Of a stretch of DNA of 44,820 nucleotides, positions 8,839 through 17,185 are shown in pieces. Below the pieces are notes generated by a model. The model was not told where the DNA came from. It saw nothing but the letters and a program-made list of their open reading frames with translations, and made no database searches. Source of the DNA: Escherichia phage SM_S22; the sequence record PP627283.1; one strand, given 5' to 3'. Positions within the stretch are counted from its first letter, which is position 1; each line of letters opens with the position of its first letter. The position numbers and the translations under genes were made by a program.

Positions 8839-9432
8839 GTGGCTGAAGTCTACTCATTCGCCGCCACTATTGCTACGTGGGTGGATAAGACGAAGGAGAA
8901 CAACGATAAGGCGGTGCGGGCGTACGGGATGCAAATACTCGGACGCCTGATCGAGATCTCCCCGGTGGGCGACCCTCGCCGGTGGAAGATTAACAAGGCT
9001 TACGCGCTGGCACGCCAGCACGCGAACAAGGTGAACGCCGCACAGCGTCGCAAGAATGGTGGCAAACTGAAGCGCGGGCAGAAGAAGCACGCCAGCGTGC
9101 TGGTATCATTCAAGACTAAAAACGGCAACGTCACGTTCCGCCAGCGTGGCTGGGCTGCGAAGAATTACACCGGCGGACGCTTCCGGGGAAACTGGCAGGT
9201 TACGTTCGACCGACCGGCGGTTGGCGCTATAGACCGCGTGGACAAGGCCGGAACGGCAACATTAGCCGCGGGGCGTGAAGTGCTGGCGCATTACGATTCC
9301 AGTGAATACGGGTCGATCTGGTTTACTAACAACGTGCCATACGCGCAGCGACTTGAGTATGGCTGGAGTAAACAAGCGCCCGCGGGGATTGTTCGCGTCG
9401 TAGCGGCAGAAATTAATTCGAAGGTGAAATAA
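8839..9432 (+). CDS. hypothetical structural protein, GTG start
   Basis: 197 aa; AAGGGG RBS 6 nt before GTG; synteny. Confidence 0.35.
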   Translation: MAEVYSFAATIATWVDKTKENNDKAVRAYGMQILGRLIEISPVGDPRRWKINKAYALARQHANKVNAAQRRKNGGKLKRGQKKHASVLVSFKTKNGNVTFRQRGWAAKNYTGGRFRGNWQVTFDRPAVGAIDRVDKAGTATLAAGREVLAHYDSSEYGSIWFTNNVPYAQRLEYGWSKQAPAGIVRVVAAEINSKVK

Positions 9433-9854
9433 TGAGCAATACCGCAATCCGCAAAGCGCTTAACAGCGTGGTTGAAGAGTTATCGGCAAGCCTGAGCACA
9501 AGCCAGCGTCCGATTAGGGTTAACTGGGAGAACGTGAGCGGCGACCACGCAAACGGCAGCGGTGTCTACCTGGAGCCGTACCTGCTACCGGCCCCGACCC
9601 AGTTTGTGGGCTTACAGCAGAAGGGTCGGATCTATGCTGGCGTATATCAGGTTGCCGTGGTGTTTCCCGCAGGAACTGGAACACAGTACGCGAGCGAACT
9701 GGCGGACGCCATCGCTACGTCTGATAAGTGGCTGGCGGTGAAGATTTCCGGTGCGTCATTTCAGCTTCAGGACGCTCCATACACCAGTTCAGTGATTGAA
9801 GACGTTGATCGCGCCCGCATCGCGGTTACAGTACCCTACACCTGTTGCGCCTGA
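9432..9854 (+). CDS. hypothetical structural protein (tail completion candidate)
   Basis: 140 aa; start overlaps previous stop (TAATG). Confidence 0.35.
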   Translation: MSNTAIRKALNSVVEELSASLSTSQRPIRVNWENVSGDHANGSGVYLEPYLLPAPTQFVGLQQKGRIYAGVYQVAVVFPAGTGTQYASELADAIATSDKWLAVKISGASFQLQDAPYTSSVIEDVDRARIAVTVPYTCCA

Positions 9855-9915
9855 TTTGGCGCTATTCTGCGCGTGCTGTATCATTAAACCGTATATCTAA
9901 ACAGGAGCGTTCATT

Positions 9916-10641
9916 ATGGGTTATCAACTTCCTAACGGGTCTAGCGTCCAGATTGGGTCCGTACTGGGCAACGGCATCGCTGTTACGGCAGCTACCAACG
10001 CCGCCGCGTCTATCTCTGATCTTACGCAAGGTTGCGTTATCACCTGTGCGGCTTCGCATGGCCTGGTTGTTGGCGACGTTGTTATGTTCACTAAAACCCC
10101 GTGGGTCCGAGCGCTTAACCGCGCATTCATCGTGGGTAAAGTGGACACCAACGACGTTACGCTGGCGCGCTTCGACACCGAAGACGTCACAAAATACCCG
10201 ACCGGCGCTTTCAGCGTAGGCACTCCGGGCGAAGTGGTGAAGGTGTCGGGCTTTATCGACTTCCCTTTTATTACTAACGTTGCCGTGTCTGGTGGCGACC
10301 AGCAGACGACTACCTTCCAGCCGTTGCAGGTGAACACCGCAATCAGTCTGAACACCACGAAAAACCCGTTGGTACAGACTTACACTTTCACCCACGACGA
10401 AGAAGACCCGATCCGCCCAATCCTGGAAGACCAGGACGACACACAGAAAACCACTGTGATTAAGTTCACTAACCCAGCGGCAGCAAGCGGCAAAGGTGAG
10501 ATCCGTATTTACCCGGCTAAGGTATCTTTCCAGAAGATTCCTTCCGCTGAAGTAAACAACGTGGAAACGGTGCAGTCCACTCTGACCATGCAGTCTGATA
10601 TGGTTATCTACCGTAAGGATCTGGTCGAGGCATTGTCTTGA
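9916..10641 (+). CDS. major tail protein (putative)
   Basis: 241 aa; RBS AGGAG; immediately upstream of G/GT chaperone pair and followed by a terminator. Confidence 0.5.
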   Translation: MGYQLPNGSSVQIGSVLGNGIAVTAATNAAASISDLTQGCVITCAASHGLVVGDVVMFTKTPWVRALNRAFIVGKVDTNDVTLARFDTEDVTKYPTGAFSVGTPGEVVKVSGFIDFPFITNVAVSGGDQQTTTFQPLQVNTAISLNTTKNPLVQTYTFTHDEEDPIRPILEDQDDTQKTTVIKFTNPAAASGKGEIRIYPAKVSFQKIPSAEVNNVETVQSTLTMQSDMVIYRKDLVEALS

Positions 10642-10671
10642 TTTGGTCGCTTAAATAGCGAGTGATAATAT

Positions 10672-10695
10672 GGGGCCAGCACGGCCCCTTTTTTA
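10672..10695 (+). terminator. intrinsic terminator after major tail gene
   Basis: GGGGCC-AGCAC-GGCCCC followed by TTTTTT. Confidence 0.55.
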
Positions 10696-10710
10696 TTGGA
10701 GAATACTACA

Positions 10711-11073
10711 ATGGCAAAAGCACCACTCTTCACACTTGACCCTAAGCCGACCTTTAAGCTGCCGATTGAGATCCCGCGCCCCGGCGAAAACGAACCGGGA
10801 AAAATGACGTTTACCGTCCGCCACCGCCCGATCGACGAATTTTCGCAAACCATGCAGGACACCGAACGGAAGCTGTCGGAATATGACGACAATGACCCGG
10901 ACGGCTTTAACGTTATGGTCGAGGCCATCATGCACGTCGCTGAAGGCTGGAATCTTCCGGACGAATTTAACGCGGAGAACGTCCGCCGCCTGGTGGTCAA
11001 CTACCCGCGCGCGTTCGGTGTGTTCCACACGTCGTACTATCTCGAACTGATGGGATTGCGTGAAAAAAACTAA
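10711..11073 (+). CDS. tail assembly chaperone (gpG-like)
   Basis: 120 aa from ATG 10711; ends with slippery A AAA AAC just before the stop; precedes tape measure. Confidence 0.6.
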   Translation: MAKAPLFTLDPKPTFKLPIEIPRPGENEPGKMTFTVRHRPIDEFSQTMQDTERKLSEYDDNDPDGFNVMVEAIMHVAEGWNLPDEFNAENVRRLVVNYPRAFGVFHTSYYLELMGLREKN

Positions 11074-11387
11074 TTGAGGCGGCGCGACGCTTTTATGGCC
11101 CGCCGCCACCCTCCGAAGATTTAGCCGCAAGTTTATGGGGTGCGGCCCCCGAAGATGTTTGTCCGCCTGTTGCGCTATGGCCTGACAACGCGAAGATAGT
11201 CGCCGTCTTCACAGATTGCGCCACGCAATGGCGCACCGGATTTGGTGGCGCATACGGCATCGACTACGGCGTGCTGGAGTGGTTATTTAAGATGCACGGT
11301 ATCGAAAACGAGCAGCGCGCGTTTAAAGATATCAAGCTAATGGAACGCATCGCGCTTGATGAAATGGCGCAGCAGAACCCCGCATAG
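10711..11387 (+). CDS. tail assembly chaperone GT-like fusion via programmed -1 frameshift
   Basis: Heptamer A AAA AAC at 11064-11070 in X XXY YYZ register; the -1 frame stays open for 105 codons to TAG at 11385-11387. Confidence 0.5.
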
Positions 11388-11708
11388 TGAAGCGGGACAG
11401 GCGGGACGTCCCGTTTTGTCCCACCTCTGTAAAACCGCATATCTAATCACTTTTATTGCATAAACTCAAAGCGGGACAGGCGGGACGTCCCGCTTTGTCA
11501 CACCCTGTAAATGTGCATACCTATGCAGATTTCGTGCATAAAACAAACGGGACAAAAAGCGGGACAAACACGAGGCGGGACAAAGCGGGACAGCACCCCG
11601 TCCCCGCCAGTGCTGCCGCGGTTTTCAGCCGATCGGGACAGCGGGACAGCACCCCAGTCTTTCAGACTAGACGGGGGTCAGCGGCCCCCCTCGTCTGAGA
11701 CTGAATAA
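11388..11708 (+). repeat. CGGGACA-repeat element, copy 1
   Basis: Two ~75-bp units each holding palindrome GCGGGACGTCCCGC, then a 112-bp unit (11548-11659) with six CGGGACA copies and a 49-bp hairpin tail (11660-11708) that are identical to 39478-39749. Confidence 0.85.
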
Positions 11709-11771
11709 GGTTTGTTTTGAAATCGCTGATACAATATCCATCGGCAACTGCATAAAAAAGGGGACTGCATA

Positions 11772-14414
11772 ATGGCAGATCAGGCAGCAGGCATCACGCT
11801 AAAGGCTGATGTTGCACAAATCAGAACGGCAAATACTGTGCTGGACTCCTTCGCACAGAAATCCGAGAACACAGAAAACAAGGTTAAGAAATTAAACGAC
11901 ACCCTCGGCAAATCCAAAAAGGTGACGAGTGACGCCGCTGGCGGAATGGAAAAGCTGGCAAACGAATCGCAGCGCGCCGCCGATGGCATGACGAAACAGG
12001 AGCGACTCGCCAACAGGTTAGGCATGTCGACTAAAAACCTGGGCTTTGCCTCGCGTAACGCCGCATTCCAGTTACAGGATATCGCAGTTACGCTTGAGAT
12101 GGGGATGCCGGTACACCGCGTTATGCTTCAGCAGTTACCGCAGCTAACTGGGGCGTTCGGTGGATTGGGTAACACTCTGCGTTATGTTGCTGGCTTCCTC
12201 GGTCCAGTTGGGATCGGCCTTGCTGCGGTAACGGCAACGTTAGGCGTGGGCGTAGCAATTACGTCCCGCGCAGAGAACCAGGTCGCAGCGCTTAACAAGA
12301 CGCTGGCGCTGTCAGGTAACATTTCCGGCCTAACGGCAAACCAGATCCTGGTGCTATCCGAGAACGCCGAGCGCATGGGCGGATCATTCCGCAAGACGCG
12401 TGACACAATCCAGGCGCTGGCGGCGGCGGGTGTGAAAGCGGGTGGTGACTTCGGCGCATTGGCTAAGGTAGTTAATGACTTTGCGAAGGTGTCCAGCCAG
12501 CCGATCGAGGATGTGGTAGCGGCGGTGGCGAAGCTGTCAACCGACCCCGTTGGCGGACTGCGTGCGCTGGCGGATAAGTATCACGTCGTAAACGAAGCGC
12601 AGATCCAGCAGGTACAGTCGCTCGTTGATGCGGGTCGTGAGACAGACGCAGTTGCGCTGGCTAACAAAACAGCCGCCGCGTCGTTTACCACTATGACCAA
12701 TGAGATCAAGTCCAACATGGGTACGCTTGAGCGGTCGATGAACGTCGTTACATCGGCAGCTAAATCTATGTGGGATGCCATCCTGGATGTCGGGCGCGCG
12801 CAGTCCTCGAATGAGTCAGAGATGAAAGCGCGTGAATCATTGCAGCGACTGACCACGGCTTACTATGCCGAGATGAAAGCGGTAAACGCTGCCGGTGGGG
12901 TGATGACCGAAGCGCAGAAAGCGCGTATTAACATGCTTTACAGCGAACTGGTAGCCCAGGAAAAAGTAGTGGCGTCGCTCACCCTGCGCAACCGTGCAGA
13001 GCGAGACAACGCAAGTGCCGCTGACGAAGCAGCAAAGGCGAACGAAGAGGCAAACCGCACCGCCCGCGATCGCGCCGCGTTCGAGAAGGAGTACGCAACC
13101 AACGCGAAGAGGCGCGCCGACGAGATCGCCCGCCTCAATTTGCTTAATAAGCGCGGCGTGATTGACGAGAAAGAGCTTGCCGAGGCGGTGAAGCAGGTAA
13201 ACGAGCGTTACAAAGACCCCGCCCCGAAGAAGGCCGCCGCTGTTCGAGTCGATGCCGGGCTGAAAATGCTGGAAGTCGCGCGAAGCGAATTAGCCCAGCT
13301 TCGTGAGTCTGGAAAGCAGATCGAAGCCAACGCATCGACGCAGACCCGCACGCAACGCGCGCAGGCGGCCCTAAACAAGCTGATCGCGGATAATGAGCAG
13401 TTAATCGCAGCAAGCAAAGAAAGAGCACTAACGGCAGCAGAAAAGCAGCAGATGGTCGAATTCGGACGCGTGAAGGAAGTACGCGAGCAGATCGTCGAAG
13501 AAGCCAAATTGCTGGACGCGAAAGAGAAGCAGGTCAAGGCGCACGCGCAGATCGACGCCTTCGTTAAGAACCAGAACGCCGAGCTAAAAGCCACCGCGGC
13601 GGGATATGCGCTTTCCACTCGCGAAGCGGCTAACCTGCGAGAAGAATTGCAGCTAATTGATCGCCTGAAGCGGGTGGGCGCTAGCGATACCGATATTGAT
13701 CTGGCGGTGTCTAAGCTGCGCGAAGTGCAGGAAGCACAGACCGGTGCTAACGCCTCGCTATGGGATGGCTTCAGCCGCGGGCTTAAGGATAGCGTTGATG
13801 AAATGGGTAACGGCTATACGCAGATGACGTCACTCACAAAATTCACGTTCGGCGCTATGCAGGACACGATGAACGAGTTTTTCGAGACTGGCAAGCTGAA
13901 CGCAAAGGATATGGTTAAGTCCATTCTGAGCGAATTAATCAAGCTGGCTACATCGCAGGCGTTCAAGTCCATCGTTAGCGCTTTCGGTGGCGACGGAGGC
14001 AAAAACGGATTGTTCGGCGCTATCTTCTCCGGCCTCACTAAGAATGCGGACGGCGGAGCGTACGCAGGGGGCAATCTCGCGGCCTATTCGGGGCAGGTGG
14101 TAAGCCAGCCAACCTTTTTCAGTTATGGCGTCCAGGCGTTCGCTAAGGGCGCAGGATTGATGGGCGAGGCTGGTCCCGAGGCCATCATGCCGCTGAAGCG
14201 CGGGCCGGACGGGAAACTGGGCGTTGCCGCGTCTGGCGCAGGCGGAGGGATGATTGTAACGACCAACGTTAACATGGGGACCGGTAAGACGGATACCAGT
14301 GTTAGCGGTCCAGACCCGCGCACCGCGCAGGCGTTCGGAAAGCAAATCACCGAGTCGGTCAAGGCCGAGATCGTGAAGGCGACGAAACCGGGTGGTGTAC
14401 TTTACAAACGATGA
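11772..14414 (+). CDS. tail tape measure protein
   Basis: 880 aa, long helical/Ala-rich region, Gly-rich C-terminus; follows chaperone pair. Confidence 0.8.
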   Translation: MADQAAGITLKADVAQIRTANTVLDSFAQKSENTENKVKKLNDTLGKSKKVTSDAAGGMEKLANESQRAADGMTKQERLANRLGMSTKNLGFASRNAAFQLQDIAVTLEMGMPVHRVMLQQLPQLTGAFGGLGNTLRYVAGFLGPVGIGLAAVTATLGVGVAITSRAENQVAALNKTLALSGNISGLTANQILVLSENAERMGGSFRKTRDTIQALAAAGVKAGGDFGALAKVVNDFAKVSSQPIEDVVAAVAKLSTDPVGGLRALADKYHVVNEAQIQQVQSLVDAGRETDAVALANKTAAASFTTMTNEIKSNMGTLERSMNVVTSAAKSMWDAILDVGRAQSSNESEMKARESLQRLTTAYYAEMKAVNAAGGVMTEAQKARINMLYSELVAQEKVVASLTLRNRAERDNASAADEAAKANEEANRTARDRAAFEKEYATNAKRRADEIARLNLLNKRGVIDEKELAEAVKQVNERYKDPAPKKAAAVRVDAGLKMLEVARSELAQLRESGKQIEANASTQTRTQRAQAALNKLIADNEQLIAASKERALTAAEKQQMVEFGRVKEVREQIVEEAKLLDAKEKQVKAHAQIDAFVKNQNAELKATAAGYALSTREAANLREELQLIDRLKRVGASDTDIDLAVSKLREVQEAQTGANASLWDGFSRGLKDSVDEMGNGYTQMTSLTKFTFGAMQDTMNEFFETGKLNAKDMVKSILSELIKLATSQAFKSIVSAFGGDGGKNGLFGAIFSGLTKNADGGAYAGGNLAAYSGQVVSQPTFFSYGVQAFAKGAGLMGEAGPEAIMPLKRGPDGKLGVAASGAGGGMIVTTNVNMGTGKTDTSVSGPDPRTAQAFGKQITESVKAEIVKATKPGGVLYKR

Positions 14415-14421
14415 TAAAATG

Positions 14422-14449
14422 GCCCTCACTACAACGTGGGGGCTTTTTT
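14422..14449 (+). terminator. weak intrinsic terminator
   Basis: 8-bp stem with one G-U pair followed by TTTTTT. Confidence 0.35.
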
Positions 14450-15049
14450 ATGGCGCAAGGTACAATCACACTAACTAAGGGAAGTAAGACCATCACAGGC
14501 GTGGGAACCGCGTTCCTGAGCGAGATCGGGAAGGTCCGCGTATTTACCCGCATCGACGGCAACGACTACACCGGAAAAATTGCGGCATTCAACTCTAACA
14601 CCGTCATCACCCTGGCGGATAACTGGGCCGGACCGACAAAAGCCGGTGCAGCTTATGAGCTAATCGAAGCGCACGACCCGCGATCAAACGAATGGCCCTA
14701 TTACTGGCACATGCAATTGCAAGGCGGCGGAGACGTGCAGTTGGCTTTCCGGTCCGAGGAATTGCAGTTTGGTAACGGTTACGGTCAGAACATCGCGGAC
14801 GGCCCGAACGCCGAAACGAAACAGTTCCCCGTGCAATTCATCGGACTGACTACTGACAAGTGGTGCAACCCTAAACTGGTTTACAACTTCCTTCGCGGGC
14901 ACTTCGTCAAACCGTTTGTCGTCACCGCGCCGGATGGCGAAACAGGTTTATTCGTGGTCGAGCGTTCGAGCTTGTCGTACACTGACAACGGGCACTACAC
15001 GGCAACGGTATCCGCCACCCTTAAGACTGCTATTGGATTCGTAAGATGA
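14450..15049 (+). CDS. minor tail protein (gpM-like position)
   Basis: About 199 aa from ATG 14450; first gene after tape measure. Confidence 0.45.
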   Translation: MAQGTITLTKGSKTITGVGTAFLSEIGKVRVFTRIDGNDYTGKIAAFNSNTVITLADNWAGPTKAGAAYELIEAHDPRSNEWPYYWHMQLQGGGDVQLAFRSEELQFGNGYGQNIADGPNAETKQFPVQFIGLTTDKWCNPKLVYNFLRGHFVKPFVVTAPDGETGLFVVERSSLSYTDNGHYTATVSATLKTAIGFVR

Positions 15050-15834
15050 ATAAACTATATCGCGAGGCGACGCGCTTTGACCCATCGGGACGCGTTCGCC
15101 TGATTCACATTGACGCGCAGGACGTGGAACCCGGCGACGGCGCGATCGGCGCGGGTCATCACTATTTTCACTATTGCTTTATCCCGCACACTGCCGAGGA
15201 TATTGCCGCCGCAGGCGGTGACGAGGACAAGCTAAAACCTAAATCCATCTTCTTCGGAGGGCAGGAGTTCGAATTTTGGCCCTTCGATTTGTCCGGCCTC
15301 AACTTCTCCACATCAACGGCCGCAGAACCGCAACTAACAATCGTCGATATTGGCGGCATAATAACCCGGCTGTCGCTGAATCACGACCAGCTACTGGGCG
15401 CGAAGGTTGAGATCATTGATACGTTCGCGAAGTTCCTGGACAACGGGACAGATCCAGACCCGACGCAGAAACGAGTTCAGGAGTATTACATTGACTCGCA
15501 GGTCGGGCGCAATCCTGGCAAGCAAATCACCTTCGCACTATCCTCTCCTGCGGATATGGAGGGGCAAGTAGTCCCCCGCCGCCAAATCATGAATATGTGC
15601 GAATGGGCGTTAAATGGGAAGTACGCCAGCGGGGACGGGTGCACTTGGAACCTTGCGAAGCCAGGTATCAAGTATTACGACGAGCGGGGTAATGAAGTCA
15701 TCGCGATGAATATGGACCGATGCGGCGGCTGTTTGTCCGACTGCTATCTTCGTTTTGGTCAAGGTCTTGCGGACCCAAAAGCGGCTGTGCTGGACTTCGG
15801 CGGTTTTCCTGGGTCCAAATTAATTAAGGGGTAG
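15046..15834 (+). CDS. minor tail protein L-like
   Basis: 262 aa; C-terminal Cys cluster (CGGCLSDC) as in gpL-type Fe-S tail tip proteins; synteny. Confidence 0.6.
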   Translation: MNKLYREATRFDPSGRVRLIHIDAQDVEPGDGAIGAGHHYFHYCFIPHTAEDIAAAGGDEDKLKPKSIFFGGQEFEFWPFDLSGLNFSTSTAAEPQLTIVDIGGIITRLSLNHDQLLGAKVEIIDTFAKFLDNGTDPDPTQKRVQEYYIDSQVGRNPGKQITFALSSPADMEGQVVPRRQIMNMCEWALNGKYASGDGCTWNLAKPGIKYYDERGNEVIAMNMDRCGGCLSDCYLRFGQGLADPKAAVLDFGGFPGSKLIKG

Positions 15835-15836
15835 CC

Positions 15837-16577
15837 ATGCTGACGAAAAAGGTTAAAAGCGATATCGCCGCACATGTCGCGGCATGTCTGCCGGAAGAAG
15901 CATGCGGCCTTGTCGTCATGGTGGGCCGTAAGCAAGTATTCGTCCCGTGCCTTAACGTGTTTGAAGACCCGACCGGCGTGCGCTCACGCAAAGACGCTTT
16001 CACGATTAGCGATATGGCCTGGATGGATGCCGAGGATATGGGCGACGTAGTGCGCGTAGTCCACTCGCACCCAGGTCAGCGCGAGTTAACCCCGTCGTTG
16101 GGCGACGTTAACGGATGCAACGGCAGCGGCGTCGTCTGGACCATCACTAACGAATATGGCGACTTTATCGAGATCGACCCGGAAGACCCGCCGCTGGTGG
16201 GTCGCCGATTTGTTCTCGGAATTACGGATTGTTATGGCCTCGTTATGGACTGGCACAAAAAGCAGGGAGTAAATTTGCCAGACTTCCGCGTGCCGTACAA
16301 CTGGTGGGAGACCGGGGAGAACCTGTACATGGATAACTGGTACGGTGCAGGCTTCAGAGAATGCGAGGAGAATACGCCTGGGGCGATGGTCATCATGCAG
16401 ATTAGCGCGCCAGTGCCTAACCATGCCGGAATCTACCTTCCGGGCAACCAACTACTACACCATATCTACGGCAGCCTGTCGAGCGTGATACCCTTCCGGG
16501 CAGGATTTTTCCGCGACAATGTGGTTAAATGGGTACGTCATAAAGACCTACCGGGGAATATCACAGAATGGCAATGA
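15837..16577 (+). CDS. tail tip assembly protein K-like (MPN/JAMM plus NlpC/P60)
   Basis: JAMM motif HSHPG...SLGD; Cys (DCYGL) and His (NHAGIY) typical of NlpC/P60. Confidence 0.65.
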   Translation: MLTKKVKSDIAAHVAACLPEEACGLVVMVGRKQVFVPCLNVFEDPTGVRSRKDAFTISDMAWMDAEDMGDVVRVVHSHPGQRELTPSLGDVNGCNGSGVVWTITNEYGDFIEIDPEDPPLVGRRFVLGITDCYGLVMDWHKKQGVNLPDFRVPYNWWETGENLYMDNWYGAGFRECEENTPGAMVIMQISAPVPNHAGIYLPGNQLLHHIYGSLSSVIPFRAGFFRDNVVKWVRHKDLPGNITEWQ

Positions 16578-17185
16578 CCACATTTAAATTGTACGGCGTC
16601 TTAGGACGTCGTTTTGGTAAAGTGCATAAGCTGGACTGCTTCACTCCGGGCGAGGGTATTACCGGCCTGTGCGTGAAGTTACCCGGCTTACAGGACTTTC
16701 TAATGTCAGCCCACCTGGACAATATGATGTTCAAGGTGCGCAAAGGCGACCACACTATGACCGGCTATGATGAGCTGGGTGAGTTCCACGGCGACCGCGT
16801 AGTGACCATCGCGCCGGTTATGACGGGCGCAAAAAGCGGACTGGGCCAATTGCTGGCGGGTGTAGCAATCGTGGTGGCGTCGTTCTATACCGGCGGGCTT
16901 GCGACTGCCGCTTTCGGAGCTTCAGCGGCGACCGCGGCCTCTATCGGTGCAGCGACGTTTTCGTTCGGGATGTCGATGGCGCTGGGTGGCGTTATGCAAT
17001 TGCTGTCCCCACAGCCGAAAGGATTGCAGACCCGGCAGGACGTGGATAACAAAGCGTCGTATGCGTTCGGCGGCCCTGTAAACACGACCGCGCAAGGTAC
17101 GGCGCTTGGTGTATTATGGGGCGAGCGTGAGATCGGCGGCGCTATTATTTCAGCCGGAATCGTAACCGAGGATTTGAACGAATGA
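16568..17185 (+). CDS. tail assembly protein I-like
   Basis: 205 aa; N-terminal soluble part then Gly/Ala-rich hydrophobic region; between K-like and J-like genes. Confidence 0.5.
   Translation: MAMTTFKLYGVLGRRFGKVHKLDCFTPGEGITGLCVKLPGLQDFLMSAHLDNMMFKVRKGDHTMTGYDELGEFHGDRVVTIAPVMTGAKSGLGQLLAGVAIVVASFYTGGLATAAFGASAATAASIGAATFSFGMSMALGGVMQLLSPQPKGLQTRQDVDNKASYAFGGPVNTTAQGTALGVLWGEREIGGAIISAGIVTEDLNE

Noticed and set aside
11456-11708. ORFs 11456-11698 and 11511-11708 (+) inside the CGGGACA repeat element
   Set aside because: They are translations of repeated DNA with no convincing RBS; the shared C-terminal peptide with ORF 39374-39739 simply reflects the duplicated nucleotide sequence.
11388-11708. 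Possible CRISPR array at the CGGGACA repeats (also 39478-39749)
   Set aside because: Repeat units are only 7-8 bp with 3-9 bp between them; there are no 25-40 bp repeats separated by unique spacers and no cas genes.
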